NCBI GenBank assembly: GCA_964535505.1
Contig: CAZHUH010000001.1
Coordinates: forward strand, 125,591-189,590
DNA length: 64,000 nucleotides
Direction of reading: 5' to 3'
DNA from: an uncultured Oscillospiraceae bacterium
GTDB lineage: Bacteria; Bacillota; Clostridia; Christensenellales; CAG-314
Shown here: in pieces, positions 10,169 through 18,640 of the stretch
How the letters are laid out: each line of letters starts with the position of its first letter
Numbering within the stretch: position 1 is the first letter of the stretch
Notes under the pieces: model-generated
Told to the model about the DNA's origin: nothing
Databases searched by the model: none
What the model saw: the letters and a program-made list of their open reading frames with translations, nothing else
Made by a program: the position numbers and the translations under genes

Positions 10169-11431
10169 CTAACCCTTGCGTCTCAAAACCGCCAAATAAA
10201 AACCTTGCATTCCGTCCTTGTAAGGCAAAAACTGATATTGGCTTTTGCCGTGCGTTTGCGGAAGCTCATCTATCGAAATTGTTCCTTCTTCAAAATTGTC
10301 GTGTTCTTTTAAGAATTTGCGAACATTTTGACCATTTTCGTTGTCGAAAATCGTGCAAGTGGAATACACCAACGTGCCGCCCACCTTCACATAGTTGGCG
10401 CAATTGCACAAAATTGTATATTGCACCTTCATCAAATCGGAAATATCCTTGTTTTCGCGGAAAAGTTTTATGTCGGGTCTATTGTCCAACACACCGAAAC
10501 CGCTGCACGGCACATCGCACAGAACAGTGTCAAAGGCTTGTTCCCATTGGCTATTGTAAATTGTCATATCGGCGCAATGCGTTTCTGTTTCCGTCTGCAT
10601 ACGCGCCGCATAGGAATTTATCAAATCCACACGATGTTGATGAATATCGCATGCCACCACCTTTACGTCGGGGCGCAACTGTTTTACGTAAACAGCCTTG
10701 CCGCCCGGTGCCGAACAGCAATCCAAAACGCTGTTTTGTGCACAATTTGCCACAGCTTTTGAAATTGCCATAGAGGACAAACTTTGCACTGTAAAACTGT
10801 CGTCAGGCTTCAACCATTTGCCGAAAACTTTGAAAGCATCGGCAAAGCATGTAGGCTCGGCATTGCCGAATTTGTCTTTTGCAAGGCAAATATCGCCATT
10901 TTTAAGTCTAACTATGTTACAATTTGTATTTTTATAAGATACTATGTCTAACATAGTGCTCTTTCCGTAGTCTTTTATTAATTTTTTCACTGCCCACAAC
11001 GGATAGGAATAAATCACCGAAACTCGTTCCGATTCGTCGGTCGGAAAGTCGTCAAAACTCTTTATAGACTGCGCAATGTGTTTCAATGTGGCATTTACAA
11101 AGCCAACCGTTCGTATGTCCCCTGTTATTTTTGCCAACTCAGCAAAATCGTTTACAACTGCGTAAACCGGCAAGGAAAGTTCCATCAAACAGTAAATTCC
11201 CATTTTCAAAATGATAAGCGCTTCTTTCTTGGGCATTTTGTGCACATACTTGCTTAAAATATAGGTAAGTTTTATGTCGTTGTCCAACACGCCGTACACT
11301 ACTTTCGTTATCAGTGCCTTATCCTGCATTTTGCACGAGCTCAATGTTCTGTTCAAAGTTATGGAAGAAAAGGCTTGTTCTTGGTAAATGCTTTGCAGCG
11401 TGGAAAAACTTTTCAAAAAAGCCGTGTTCAT
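10169..11431 (-). CDS. rsmB: 16S rRNA (cytosine967-C5)-methyltransferase
   Basis: NusB-like N-domain plus SAM MTase (DCCSAPGGK, DVPCSG). Start moved to ATG 11431, an ATGA overlap with the fmt stop. Confidence 0.9.
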   Translation of the reverse strand: MNTAFLKSFSTLQSIYQEQAFSSITLNRTLSSCKMQDKALITKVVYGVLDNDIKLTYILSKYVHKMPKKEALIILKMGIYCLMELSLPVYAVVNDFAELAKITGDIRTVGFVNATLKHIAQSIKSFDDFPTDESERVSVIYSYPLWAVKKLIKDYGKSTMLDIVSYKNTNCNIVRLKNGDICLAKDKFGNAEPTCFADAFKVFGKWLKPDDSFTVQSLSSMAISKAVANCAQNSVLDCCSAPGGKAVYVKQLRPDVKVVACDIHQHRVDLINSYAARMQTETETHCADMTIYNSQWEQAFDTVLCDVPCSGFGVLDNRPDIKLFRENKDISDLMKVQYTILCNCANYVKVGGTLVYSTCTIFDNENGQNVRKFLKEHDNFEEGTISIDELPQTHGKSQYQFLPYKDGMQGFYLAVLRRKG

Positions 11432-12357
11432 TGCGCACCCAAAATTGTTCCTACGGGGATTTTTTTGCCGCAAAGAAAACTAACTATATCCATCTTTTTG
11501 GCATTTTCCATTTGCAACTGCTTTACCAAAACAGCCTTGCCATCGCCGCACAAAACGCACAAAGATTTTTTGCCGCATTCCACAACTTGCCCCGCCTTGC
11601 CGCCAAAAGTATTTTCCGAAATTCGCAAATCGAAAATTTTCAAATGTTTTCCGTCAAACTCCGTCCAGCCGCCCGTCATAGGGGAAAGTGCACGCACCAA
11701 ATTTACAATTTCATCCGCACTTTTTGTCCAATCGATTTTTTCTTGTTCGGCTGTAAGCTTTTTTGTGAACGTGGCTTTGGATTCGTCTTGTGGTATGTAC
11801 GTTGCCGTGCCGTTTTCTATTTGTTCTAATGCTTCTGAAATTGCCTCCGCACCCAACACGGAAAGCCGTTCAAAAAGTTCGCCGCAATTTTCGTAAGGCA
11901 AAATATCCAAAGACTTTTGCAAAATAATTTCTCCTGCGTCCACCGCTTTCACCGTGTTCAAAATGGTTATGCCTGTGGTTTTATATCCCTTCAAAACGGC
12001 ATATTGAATAGGTGCGGCACCTCTCAAATCGGGCAAAAGCGAGCCATGAATGTTCACTATGCCGTGTTTGGCAATGTCTATCACTTCCTGCGACAAAATT
12101 TGCCCATACGCCGCCGTTACCATAATGTCCGGTTCAAGTTGGCGCAGAGTGTCTACCCCGTCACGAGAAATTTTTTCAAACTGAAAAAGCGGAATGTTGT
12201 GTTGCAACGCAAATTTTTTGACGGCGCAAAACTCGACTTTGCCGCGTGTGCCCACCTTGTCGGGTTGACAAACGCATGCAACAAGTTGATGCTTTTGCAT
12301 TATCCGCTGCAAAGCACAAATGCCGAAATCGGGCGTTCCCAAAAAGACCACTTTCAT
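11428..12357 (-). CDS. fmt: Methionyl-tRNA formyltransferase
   Basis: 309 aa. MKVVFLGTPDF..., HGSLLPDLRGAAPIQ motif. Confidence 0.95.
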   Translation of the reverse strand: MKVVFLGTPDFGICALQRIMQKHQLVACVCQPDKVGTRGKVEFCAVKKFALQHNIPLFQFEKISRDGVDTLRQLEPDIMVTAAYGQILSQEVIDIAKHGIVNIHGSLLPDLRGAAPIQYAVLKGYKTTGITILNTVKAVDAGEIILQKSLDILPYENCGELFERLSVLGAEAISEALEQIENGTATYIPQDESKATFTKKLTAEQEKIDWTKSADEIVNLVRALSPMTGGWTEFDGKHLKIFDLRISENTFGGKAGQVVECGKKSLCVLCGDGKAVLVKQLQMENAKKMDIVSFLCGKKIPVGTILGAQ

Positions 12358-12367
12358 TTTTCACCTA

Positions 12368-12820
12368 TCAGTCCAAAATTTTCTTTGTCATTTTGTCGGG
12401 AAACAAAATTCCGTCCAAATGATCCATTTCGTGCAAAAACACGCGCGCAAAGTAGTCTTCGGCGTGCAGAGATTGCTTTTTGCCAAACCTATCGAAATAG
12501 GTTATATCTATTTTTTGAGGACGTTCAACCAAACCGCGGAAGCCCACAACCGATAGGCACCCTTCGTTGTCGATGCACTTGCCTTCGCTGTGTACCAAAA
12601 CGGGGTTTATCAGTTCGTAAAGTTTATCGTCGTATTCCACAATGCAAACGCGTTTTAGAATTCCAACTTGCGGCGCTGCCAAACCCAAACCTTCTTCGTA
12701 GTGCAATGTGTCGATCATGTCGTCCAACAACACATGCAACTTTTCGTCAAAAACATCAACAGGTTTGGAAATTTTTCTCAACAGCGGATCACCCATTTTT
12801 ACTATATTTCTTCTTGCCAT
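12368..12820 (-). CDS. def: Peptide deformylase
   Basis: 150 aa with the three Def motifs (GLAAPQVG, EGCLS, HEMDHL). Confidence 0.95.
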   Translation of the reverse strand: MARRNIVKMGDPLLRKISKPVDVFDEKLHVLLDDMIDTLHYEEGLGLAAPQVGILKRVCIVEYDDKLYELINPVLVHSEGKCIDNEGCLSVVGFRGLVERPQKIDITYFDRFGKKQSLHAEDYFARVFLHEMDHLDGILFPDKMTKKILD

Positions 12821-12903
12821 TGTTATTAAAACTCCTTAATACTTTATAAAAATGTCGAATTCTGTGTTCAAATATGCGCTTATTAACCAAACGCCGCACT
12901 CTT

Positions 12904-15102
12904 TTAGCTTAAATTTTGCGGATTTCTCTCTGCAAAAACGGAAACTTTTCCACGCTTTTTGGCGTTGCAAATTTCGAATATTTCAGGCAGAATGTCTTCC
13001 ACTTCCGTTTTTGGCAATTTCATCAAAATTTGAAAACGGTATTTCTTCTCTGCGCGCCGTAACGGGCAACGCATTTTGTCCAAATACATAAACGCTTGCG
13101 GTTTTTCGCTGCGCAAGGCAGAAAGTTCGGCAAACTGTTCTGTCAGTTCATCTATGCAATCTTTTTCGTTTTCGCCTTGAAACAAAATTCGCACAATTTC
13201 CGTAAAGGGCGGAAATCCTGCCGTTTCGCGAATGTTTATCTCCTTGCGATAAAAGCCCAAGTAGTCTTGCTTGGCGGCAAAAGACAAACAATAGTGATGC
13301 GGCGTGTAAGTTTGCAAAACCACTTTGCCTTTGTCAGTGCTTCTGCCACTGCGCCCTGCAACTTGCGTCAGCAGTTGAAACGTGCGCTCGCAAGCCAAAT
13401 AGTCGTCGTGATGCAAACTTTGATCGCCATCCAAAATTCCCACCAAGGTTACTTTGGGGAAATCGTGCCCTTTGGCAATCATTTGTGTGCCCACCAAAAT
13501 TTGCGCCTCTTCTCGTGCAAAGGCTTCCAAAATTTTGCCATGGCTTTCCTTAGTTTGTGTGGTATCGGCATCCATGCGCAAAATCTTCACATTGGGATAC
13601 GCCTGCTGCAACAGCTGTACAATTTGTTGCGTGCCTATGCGCCCTTGACGAAAACTATCTTCGTGACAGTTGGGACAACGCGTAAGCATGTAGTATTTTT
13701 TGCCGCAGTAATGACATTTTAGCATATTGTCTTCGCGATGGACCGTCAAACTTACATCGCAATCGGCGCACTTTGCCACATAGCCACACTTGGTGCACAT
13801 CAAAAATGAAGAATACCCCCTGCGGTTAAGAAAAATCATAGCTTGGTTTCCGCCGCGCAAGGTTTCCGAAAGCCTTGTCAGAAGCAACCGCGAAAAGATG
13901 CCCTTGTGCCCGTCCGCCACTTCTTTGGACATATTTACAATTTCCACATCGGGCAACGGTTGCTTGTTGATGCGCTCCGGCATGGAAATAAGTTTCAACT
14001 CGCCTTGCGTTGCCTCGTAGAAACTTGCCAAACTAGGCGTGGCACTGCCCAAAACCAGCAAGGCGGAATTCAAATCGGCACGTTTTTTTGCAACGGCAAT
14101 TGTATCATATCGTGGGTTGAAATCGGAAACATAACTGCCGTCGTGCTCTTCGTCGATAATGATTGCACCAATGTTTGTGAGCGGCGCAAAAACCGCGCTT
14201 CGTGCACCGATGGCGATTTTAGCCTCGCCTTTTTTCAGGCGCAACCACTCGTCGTATCTTTCTCCCACGGAAAGTCCGCTGTGCAACAATGCCACCGTGT
14301 TACCAAAGCGCTCACGCAGTTGCCTCAACATGTTGGGCGTAAGGGAAATTTCCGGCACCAACATTATCGCCGTTTTGCCTTCGGAAACGATTTTGTCGAT
14401 TATGGTAAGGTAAACTTCCGTTTTGCCTGAGCCGGTTACGCCGTGCAGCAAAAATCTGCCTTGTCTGTTGGCAAGCACGGTATCAACGGCGTTTTGTTGC
14501 GTGGAAGTAAGCGTGCGTTTTGGCGGAGTTGCCAACGCCAATTGCTTGTAGGGCGTGCGGTTTACCGTTATTTCAAAAACTTCCACTATGCCTTTTTCTT
14601 GCAATGCTTTCAATGCGCCATTGCCGAAAGTTGCGTTTAATTTTTCGCAAAGAGTAACGCCTTCGGCGTATAAAAATTTCACCAAATTCCTTTGCTTTAC
14701 GGCATTGGTTTTCAGTGAATTCAAAATATCTTCTAAATCGGCCTTTGTAGCCAACTGAGCTACGCTTTTTTCCAACGATTTTACGCGGTTTCCCCTCATT
14801 TCCGCAGGAATAAACAGGCGAAGCACGTCTACCCAGCGCAAATTGTACTGCTTGCGCATAAACGCACCCAGTTGCAACAATTCCCTGCTTACAGCAGGGA
14901 AAGTATCCAAAGGCTTGATTATTTCTTTTAGTTTTTCTGGGGGACAATCGGAAGTTTGCTGTTCGTCTACGATAAAACCCTCGATTTCTCTGTTGGCAAA
15001 ATTAACCAAAACTCGGCTACCAACTTGATAGCCTTCGCCTTTGTAGTGAAAAATTTTGTCAACTTCGCTTGCAGACACGTCTACGATAACCGAATAAATC
15101 AT
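12904..15102 (-). CDS. priA: Primosomal protein N' (replication restart helicase)
   Basis: 732 aa. Walker A GVTGSGKT, DEEH box, Cys-rich zinc-binding insert (CTKCGY...CADC...CHYCG...CPNC). Confidence 0.95.
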   Translation of the reverse strand: MIYSVIVDVSASEVDKIFHYKGEGYQVGSRVLVNFANREIEGFIVDEQQTSDCPPEKLKEIIKPLDTFPAVSRELLQLGAFMRKQYNLRWVDVLRLFIPAEMRGNRVKSLEKSVAQLATKADLEDILNSLKTNAVKQRNLVKFLYAEGVTLCEKLNATFGNGALKALQEKGIVEVFEITVNRTPYKQLALATPPKRTLTSTQQNAVDTVLANRQGRFLLHGVTGSGKTEVYLTIIDKIVSEGKTAIMLVPEISLTPNMLRQLRERFGNTVALLHSGLSVGERYDEWLRLKKGEAKIAIGARSAVFAPLTNIGAIIIDEEHDGSYVSDFNPRYDTIAVAKKRADLNSALLVLGSATPSLASFYEATQGELKLISMPERINKQPLPDVEIVNMSKEVADGHKGIFSRLLLTRLSETLRGGNQAMIFLNRRGYSSFLMCTKCGYVAKCADCDVSLTVHREDNMLKCHYCGKKYYMLTRCPNCHEDSFRQGRIGTQQIVQLLQQAYPNVKILRMDADTTQTKESHGKILEAFAREEAQILVGTQMIAKGHDFPKVTLVGILDGDQSLHHDDYLACERTFQLLTQVAGRSGRSTDKGKVVLQTYTPHHYCLSFAAKQDYLGFYRKEINIRETAGFPPFTEIVRILFQGENEKDCIDELTEQFAELSALRSEKPQAFMYLDKMRCPLRRAEKKYRFQILMKLPKTEVEDILPEIFEICNAKKRGKVSVFAERNPQNLS

Positions 15103-16274
15103 TTGCCGATTGCCCTATCCAAAATCAAATTGGCAACGTCGTCCTTCGACATTTTGGGGAAAGACGTTGTGCCATCTTTTGTTACAAACGTAACGACGTT
15201 GGTGTCGCTATCGAACACATCGTTATGCTTTATGTCGTTCAAAACCGCCAAATCGGCATTTTTCTTCAAAAGTTTTTTCGTTGCGTTTTCTACGCCGTTA
15301 TCCGTTTCGGCGGCAAAAATGCACAAAAAGCCCTTTTTGTTTTGTCCGACCGCTTTGGCAATATCGGGATTTTTTTCAAATTCCACCGTCAATGATTCGG
15401 ATTTTATTTTGCTTTCAGAAAAGCACTTCGGCTTGTAGTCACATGGGGCTGCGGCAAGCACCAAAATATCGAAATCGGCTGCCGTGGGAACCACTGCGTC
15501 AAACATCTGTTGCGTTGTGGAAACTTCCACAAGATTTGCGCGCGCGTCCATTTCGGCCGTATGCCTTGCCAACACTGCGGTTACTTCCGCACCGCGATTA
15601 AGCGCTTGTTTGATTACGGCTGCGCCCATTTTGCCGCTGGAAAAGTTTGTGATAAACCTCACATCGTCAAGTTTTTCCAACGTAGCGCCGCAACTTACCA
15701 ACACTTTTTTTCCGGCCAAATCTTGTTTTGGCGCCAAAATTTTCACGCAATTGTCCACAATTTCTTGCGGTTCGGCCATTCTGCCGTCGCCGACATCGCC
15801 GCATGCCAAAAAACCGCATCCGGGGTTTACCACGCCCACTCCGCGCTGTTTCAACACCTTCAAATTTTCAGTAAAAGCGGCGCTGTGATACATATTCACG
15901 TTCATTGCCGGGCAAACAAGCACAGGGGCCGTTGTTGCCATTAAGGTTGTAGAAAGCATATCATCGGCAATGCCGTTTGCCATTTTGCCCACAATATTAG
16001 CAGTTGCCGGGCAAACCAAAAACAAATTTGCCTTTTTTGCCAGCGAAACATGCTCTACATCAAAGTGAGTTTTTGCGGCGAACATATCGGTAACCACGGG
16101 TCTTCCCGAAAGGGTTTCGAAAGTTAAGGGCGTAACAAATTGCGTGGCATGCTCCGTCATAATAATATCCACATTTGCGCCCAGTTTCTTCAAACCGCGC
16201 ACCACTTGGCATACCTTGTACACGGCAATACCGCCGGTTATGCCTATAACTACATTTTTTCCATCAAGTAACAT
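15099..16274 (-). CDS. coaBC: Bifunctional phosphopantothenoylcysteine decarboxylase / phosphopantothenate-cysteine ligase
   Basis: 391 aa. N-terminal flavoprotein domain (GITGGIAVYK) plus C-terminal DFP/CoaB domain. ATGA overlap with priA. Confidence 0.95.
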   Translation of the reverse strand: MLLDGKNVVIGITGGIAVYKVCQVVRGLKKLGANVDIIMTEHATQFVTPLTFETLSGRPVVTDMFAAKTHFDVEHVSLAKKANLFLVCPATANIVGKMANGIADDMLSTTLMATTAPVLVCPAMNVNMYHSAAFTENLKVLKQRGVGVVNPGCGFLACGDVGDGRMAEPQEIVDNCVKILAPKQDLAGKKVLVSCGATLEKLDDVRFITNFSSGKMGAAVIKQALNRGAEVTAVLARHTAEMDARANLVEVSTTQQMFDAVVPTAADFDILVLAAAPCDYKPKCFSESKIKSESLTVEFEKNPDIAKAVGQNKKGFLCIFAAETDNGVENATKKLLKKNADLAVLNDIKHNDVFDSDTNVVTFVTKDGTTSFPKMSKDDVANLILDRAIGK

Positions 16275-16276
16275 TT

Positions 16277-16459
16277 CTATTTTTTAATTTCTGTAATGCC
16301 TTCGGCAAATTCATCAGCCGCATAAGAAATGGGCTTCACATTTTGCGGAAGTTCGGGATTGTTGTTGAGTTCCTTGGCTCTTTTGGCAATTACACAGCAC
16401 AAAGCGTATTTGTCGCCTGCTTTTTCAGTCAGTTCGTCAATAGGTGGTTTTGTTATCAT
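16277..16459 (-). CDS. rpoZ: DNA-directed RNA polymerase subunit omega
   Basis: 60 aa, KYALCCVIAKRAKEL motif, conserved gmk-rpoZ-coaBC position. Confidence 0.85.
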   Translation of the reverse strand: MITKPPIDELTEKAGDKYALCCVIAKRAKELNNNPELPQNVKPISYAADEFAEGITEIKK

Positions 16460-17025
16460 TTCTTGTCTCCTTTCAAAATGTCGATAATTTCGTTTACCGC
16501 GCGATCAACTTCATCGTTCATAATGCAATAATCATATTTGTCGCGTTGTGCCGCTTCAAGTTTGTATCGCGCCATGCGAATTTGAATTTTTTCCGCCGAT
16601 TCCGTCCCACGTTGAAGCAATCTGTCATACAAATCTTTTTCGCTGGGGGCGTCGATGAAAAACAATAAACTTTCGGGATAATTCAGTTTTACCTGCAAAG
16701 CGCCTTTCACGTCAATTTCCAAAATAACGTCCTTGCCGAAGTTGAGCATATCCACCACGAACTTTTTGGGCGTGCCGTAGTAGTTTTCGAAGTGCTGATC
16801 GTATTCTAGCAATTCATGGTTCTTTACCATTTCTAAAAAAGTTTCTGTGGAAACAAAGAAATAACTTCTTTCTTTTCTTTCGTTGGGACGCGGTGAACGT
16901 GTTGTTGCCGAACGAGAAATAACAAGTTCAGGCATTTTACGCAGTAATTCGGCGCAAATTGTGCCTTTTCCTGCGCCGCTGGGACCGGAAATAATGATCA
17001 ACCGTCCCATCTTTTTTCCTTCCAT
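16456..17025 (-). CDS. gmk: Guanylate kinase
   Basis: P-loop GPSGAGKGT and ATTR motif. The real start may be ATG 17010 (MGRLIIISG). Confidence 0.95.
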   Translation of the reverse strand: MEGKKMGRLIIISGPSGAGKGTICAELLRKMPELVISRSATTRSPRPNERKERSYFFVSTETFLEMVKNHELLEYDQHFENYYGTPKKFVVDMLNFGKDVILEIDVKGALQVKLNYPESLLFFIDAPSEKDLYDRLLQRGTESAEKIQIRMARYKLEAAQRDKYDYCIMNDEVDRAVNEIIDILKGDKK

Positions 17026-17155
17026 TGTTTGTTTACCTCTTTTTGTGTGTTTTATAGTAACCGCAACAAAACTTGTTGCAAAAAGTTATGCATTCGAACT
17101 CAAAACTTAAAACCACTTTGAATTTTTCACTTGTATTCTACAGCAAAGCTTAAAG

Positions 17156-17215
17156 ATGCGCAGTTGTGAAAATTGCAAGCTAACCTAAAATGTTGCAGTT
17201 GTACAATTTGCGAGC
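17156..17215 (+). repeat. Two ~25-nt direct repeats in the yicC-gmk spacer
   Basis: ATGCGCAGTTGTGAAAATTGCAAGC at 17156-17180 and ATGTTGCAGTTGTACAATTTGCGAGC at 17190-17215, ~80% identical by eye. Confidence 0.6.
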
Positions 17216-17259
17216 AAAATTGAAACTTTGCAATTGCATTTAAGCGCAAAAAACCAAAA

Positions 17260-18147
17260 TTACTCTAAATTTTGCACTTGTTCGCGAATTTTTTCTATTT
17301 CATTTTTCATTTCCAATGCAATGTTTGTAATGGCAATGCAACTGGATTTGCTGCAAATGGTATTGGTTTCGCGATTAAGTTCTTGAACCAAAAAATCCAT
17401 TTTGCGCCCCACCGCTTCGTTTGACGCCAAAATTTCACGTGCGTGCGCAATGTGGGTAGTTAGGCGAGTGATTTCTTCATCGATGCAAACTTTGTCGGCA
17501 AAGAAACACACTTCGTTTGCCAATTTGCTTTCGTCCAAAGACACGTCACCAAGTGCCGCTTGCACGCGAACACGCAATTTTTCGCGATAGTTCTCCGCAA
17601 CGGTAGGTGCTTCCGCCTTTATCTTTTCCAAAAGGCCTTCAACGGCGGAAATTTTATGCAAAAGGTCACTGCGAAGTTTGTTGCCTTCCGTTTCGCGCAT
17701 TACGTTCAAGTTTTCCACTGCTCGCTTTAATCCCTCGCGCAACATTTCGCGCATAAGCTCGTCATCGTTCACTTGTTGTTCTACGCTCAAAACATCGCTG
17801 CTGCGCATGAGCGAAGCAATGGTAAAATCGTCGCGCAATTCGGGAAATTCTTCACGCAACTGCCTTGCCGCTTCAACGTAGCCTTTTGCCAAAGTCAAAT
17901 CGACAGTTACCACCTTGTCGGAATCGGAAATCAAACGATAGTTAACAAAAACGTCAACATGCCCACGTGCAATGCCCGACGAAAGCACACTGCGAACCAA
18001 ATCTTCGTGCGCAGAAAAAGCACGCGACATTTTTGTGGAAATGTCCAAAAAACGATGATTTACACTTTTAAGTTCTACGGTAAGTTCTCTGTTGCCACTA
18101 CTGACAATCGCCTTGCCGTACCCCGTCATACTTTTCATATCAAACAA
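17260..18147 (-). CDS. yicC: YicC/YloC-family stress-induced protein
   Basis: 295 aa with the family N-terminus (KSMTGYGKA) and C-terminal DUF1732-type helix (EIEKIREQVQNLE). Confidence 0.85.
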   Translation of the reverse strand: MFDMKSMTGYGKAIVSSGNRELTVELKSVNHRFLDISTKMSRAFSAHEDLVRSVLSSGIARGHVDVFVNYRLISDSDKVVTVDLTLAKGYVEAARQLREEFPELRDDFTIASLMRSSDVLSVEQQVNDDELMREMLREGLKRAVENLNVMRETEGNKLRSDLLHKISAVEGLLEKIKAEAPTVAENYREKLRVRVQAALGDVSLDESKLANEVCFFADKVCIDEEITRLTTHIAHAREILASNEAVGRKMDFLVQELNRETNTICSKSSCIAITNIALEMKNEIEKIREQVQNLE

Positions 18148-18482
18148 ATTCCTTTGCCGATCGAAACCAAGTTGGCTACGAAAATTTTTTCATCAAATTA
18201 TTTTAGCACAAAACAAATTATTTTTCAATAAATATAAAGCAAGTGTACTAAAATATTTTGTCAACAAGCATTTAAGCCGCCCGAAACAAACCAAATCAAT
18301 GTTGCGTGGTTCTTACATCTTATACACTACGTATCTTGTAAAAGTCTGTCAACTGACCGGCTCGTAGCACTGTGCGCAAACAAAACCGATTTCTTATTCG
18401 GCAGCAAAACAAGTTCTGCCACAACTTTCTGCTAAAATGCTTTTCTTGAGAAAAGCAAGCTTGCGTCTGCACTTCGCTCGCA

Positions 18483-18562
18483 ATTAAGCGCTAACGCTGG
18501 CAATTCAGTACTAAAATACGCAATAAAATGCTGAAATGCGGGATTAAGCGCTAACGCTCGCA
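18483..18562 (+). repeat. Two 20-nt direct repeats exactly 60 bp apart
   Basis: ATTAAGCGCTAACGCTGGCA at 18483-18502 and ATTAAGCGCTAACGCTCGCA at 18543-18562. They contain the palindrome AGCGCT. Confidence 0.7.
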
Positions 18563-18591
18563 CAGTACCACACTTTGACCTTCCAAATAAT

Positions 18592-18640
18592 ATTATGTCT
18601 GAAATAGTATTATCCGATAAGGAAAAACTCAATATACTTT
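18592..18640 (+). repeat. REP-like intergenic element, copy 2 (long form), abutting the ligA stop
   Basis: ATTATGTCTGAAATAGTATTATCCGATAAGGAAAAACTCAATATACTTT. Core plus the distal ATATACTTT box, which ends at the ligA stop codon. Confidence 0.75.

Noticed and set aside
11917-12849. 310-aa plus-strand ORF.
   Set aside because: It is antisense to fmt and def, which are unambiguous. Its composition is that of a mirror frame.
18432-18632. 66-aa minus-strand ORF in the ligA-yicC spacer.
   Set aside because: It is built entirely from the REP-like element and the 20-nt direct repeats, with no start signals.
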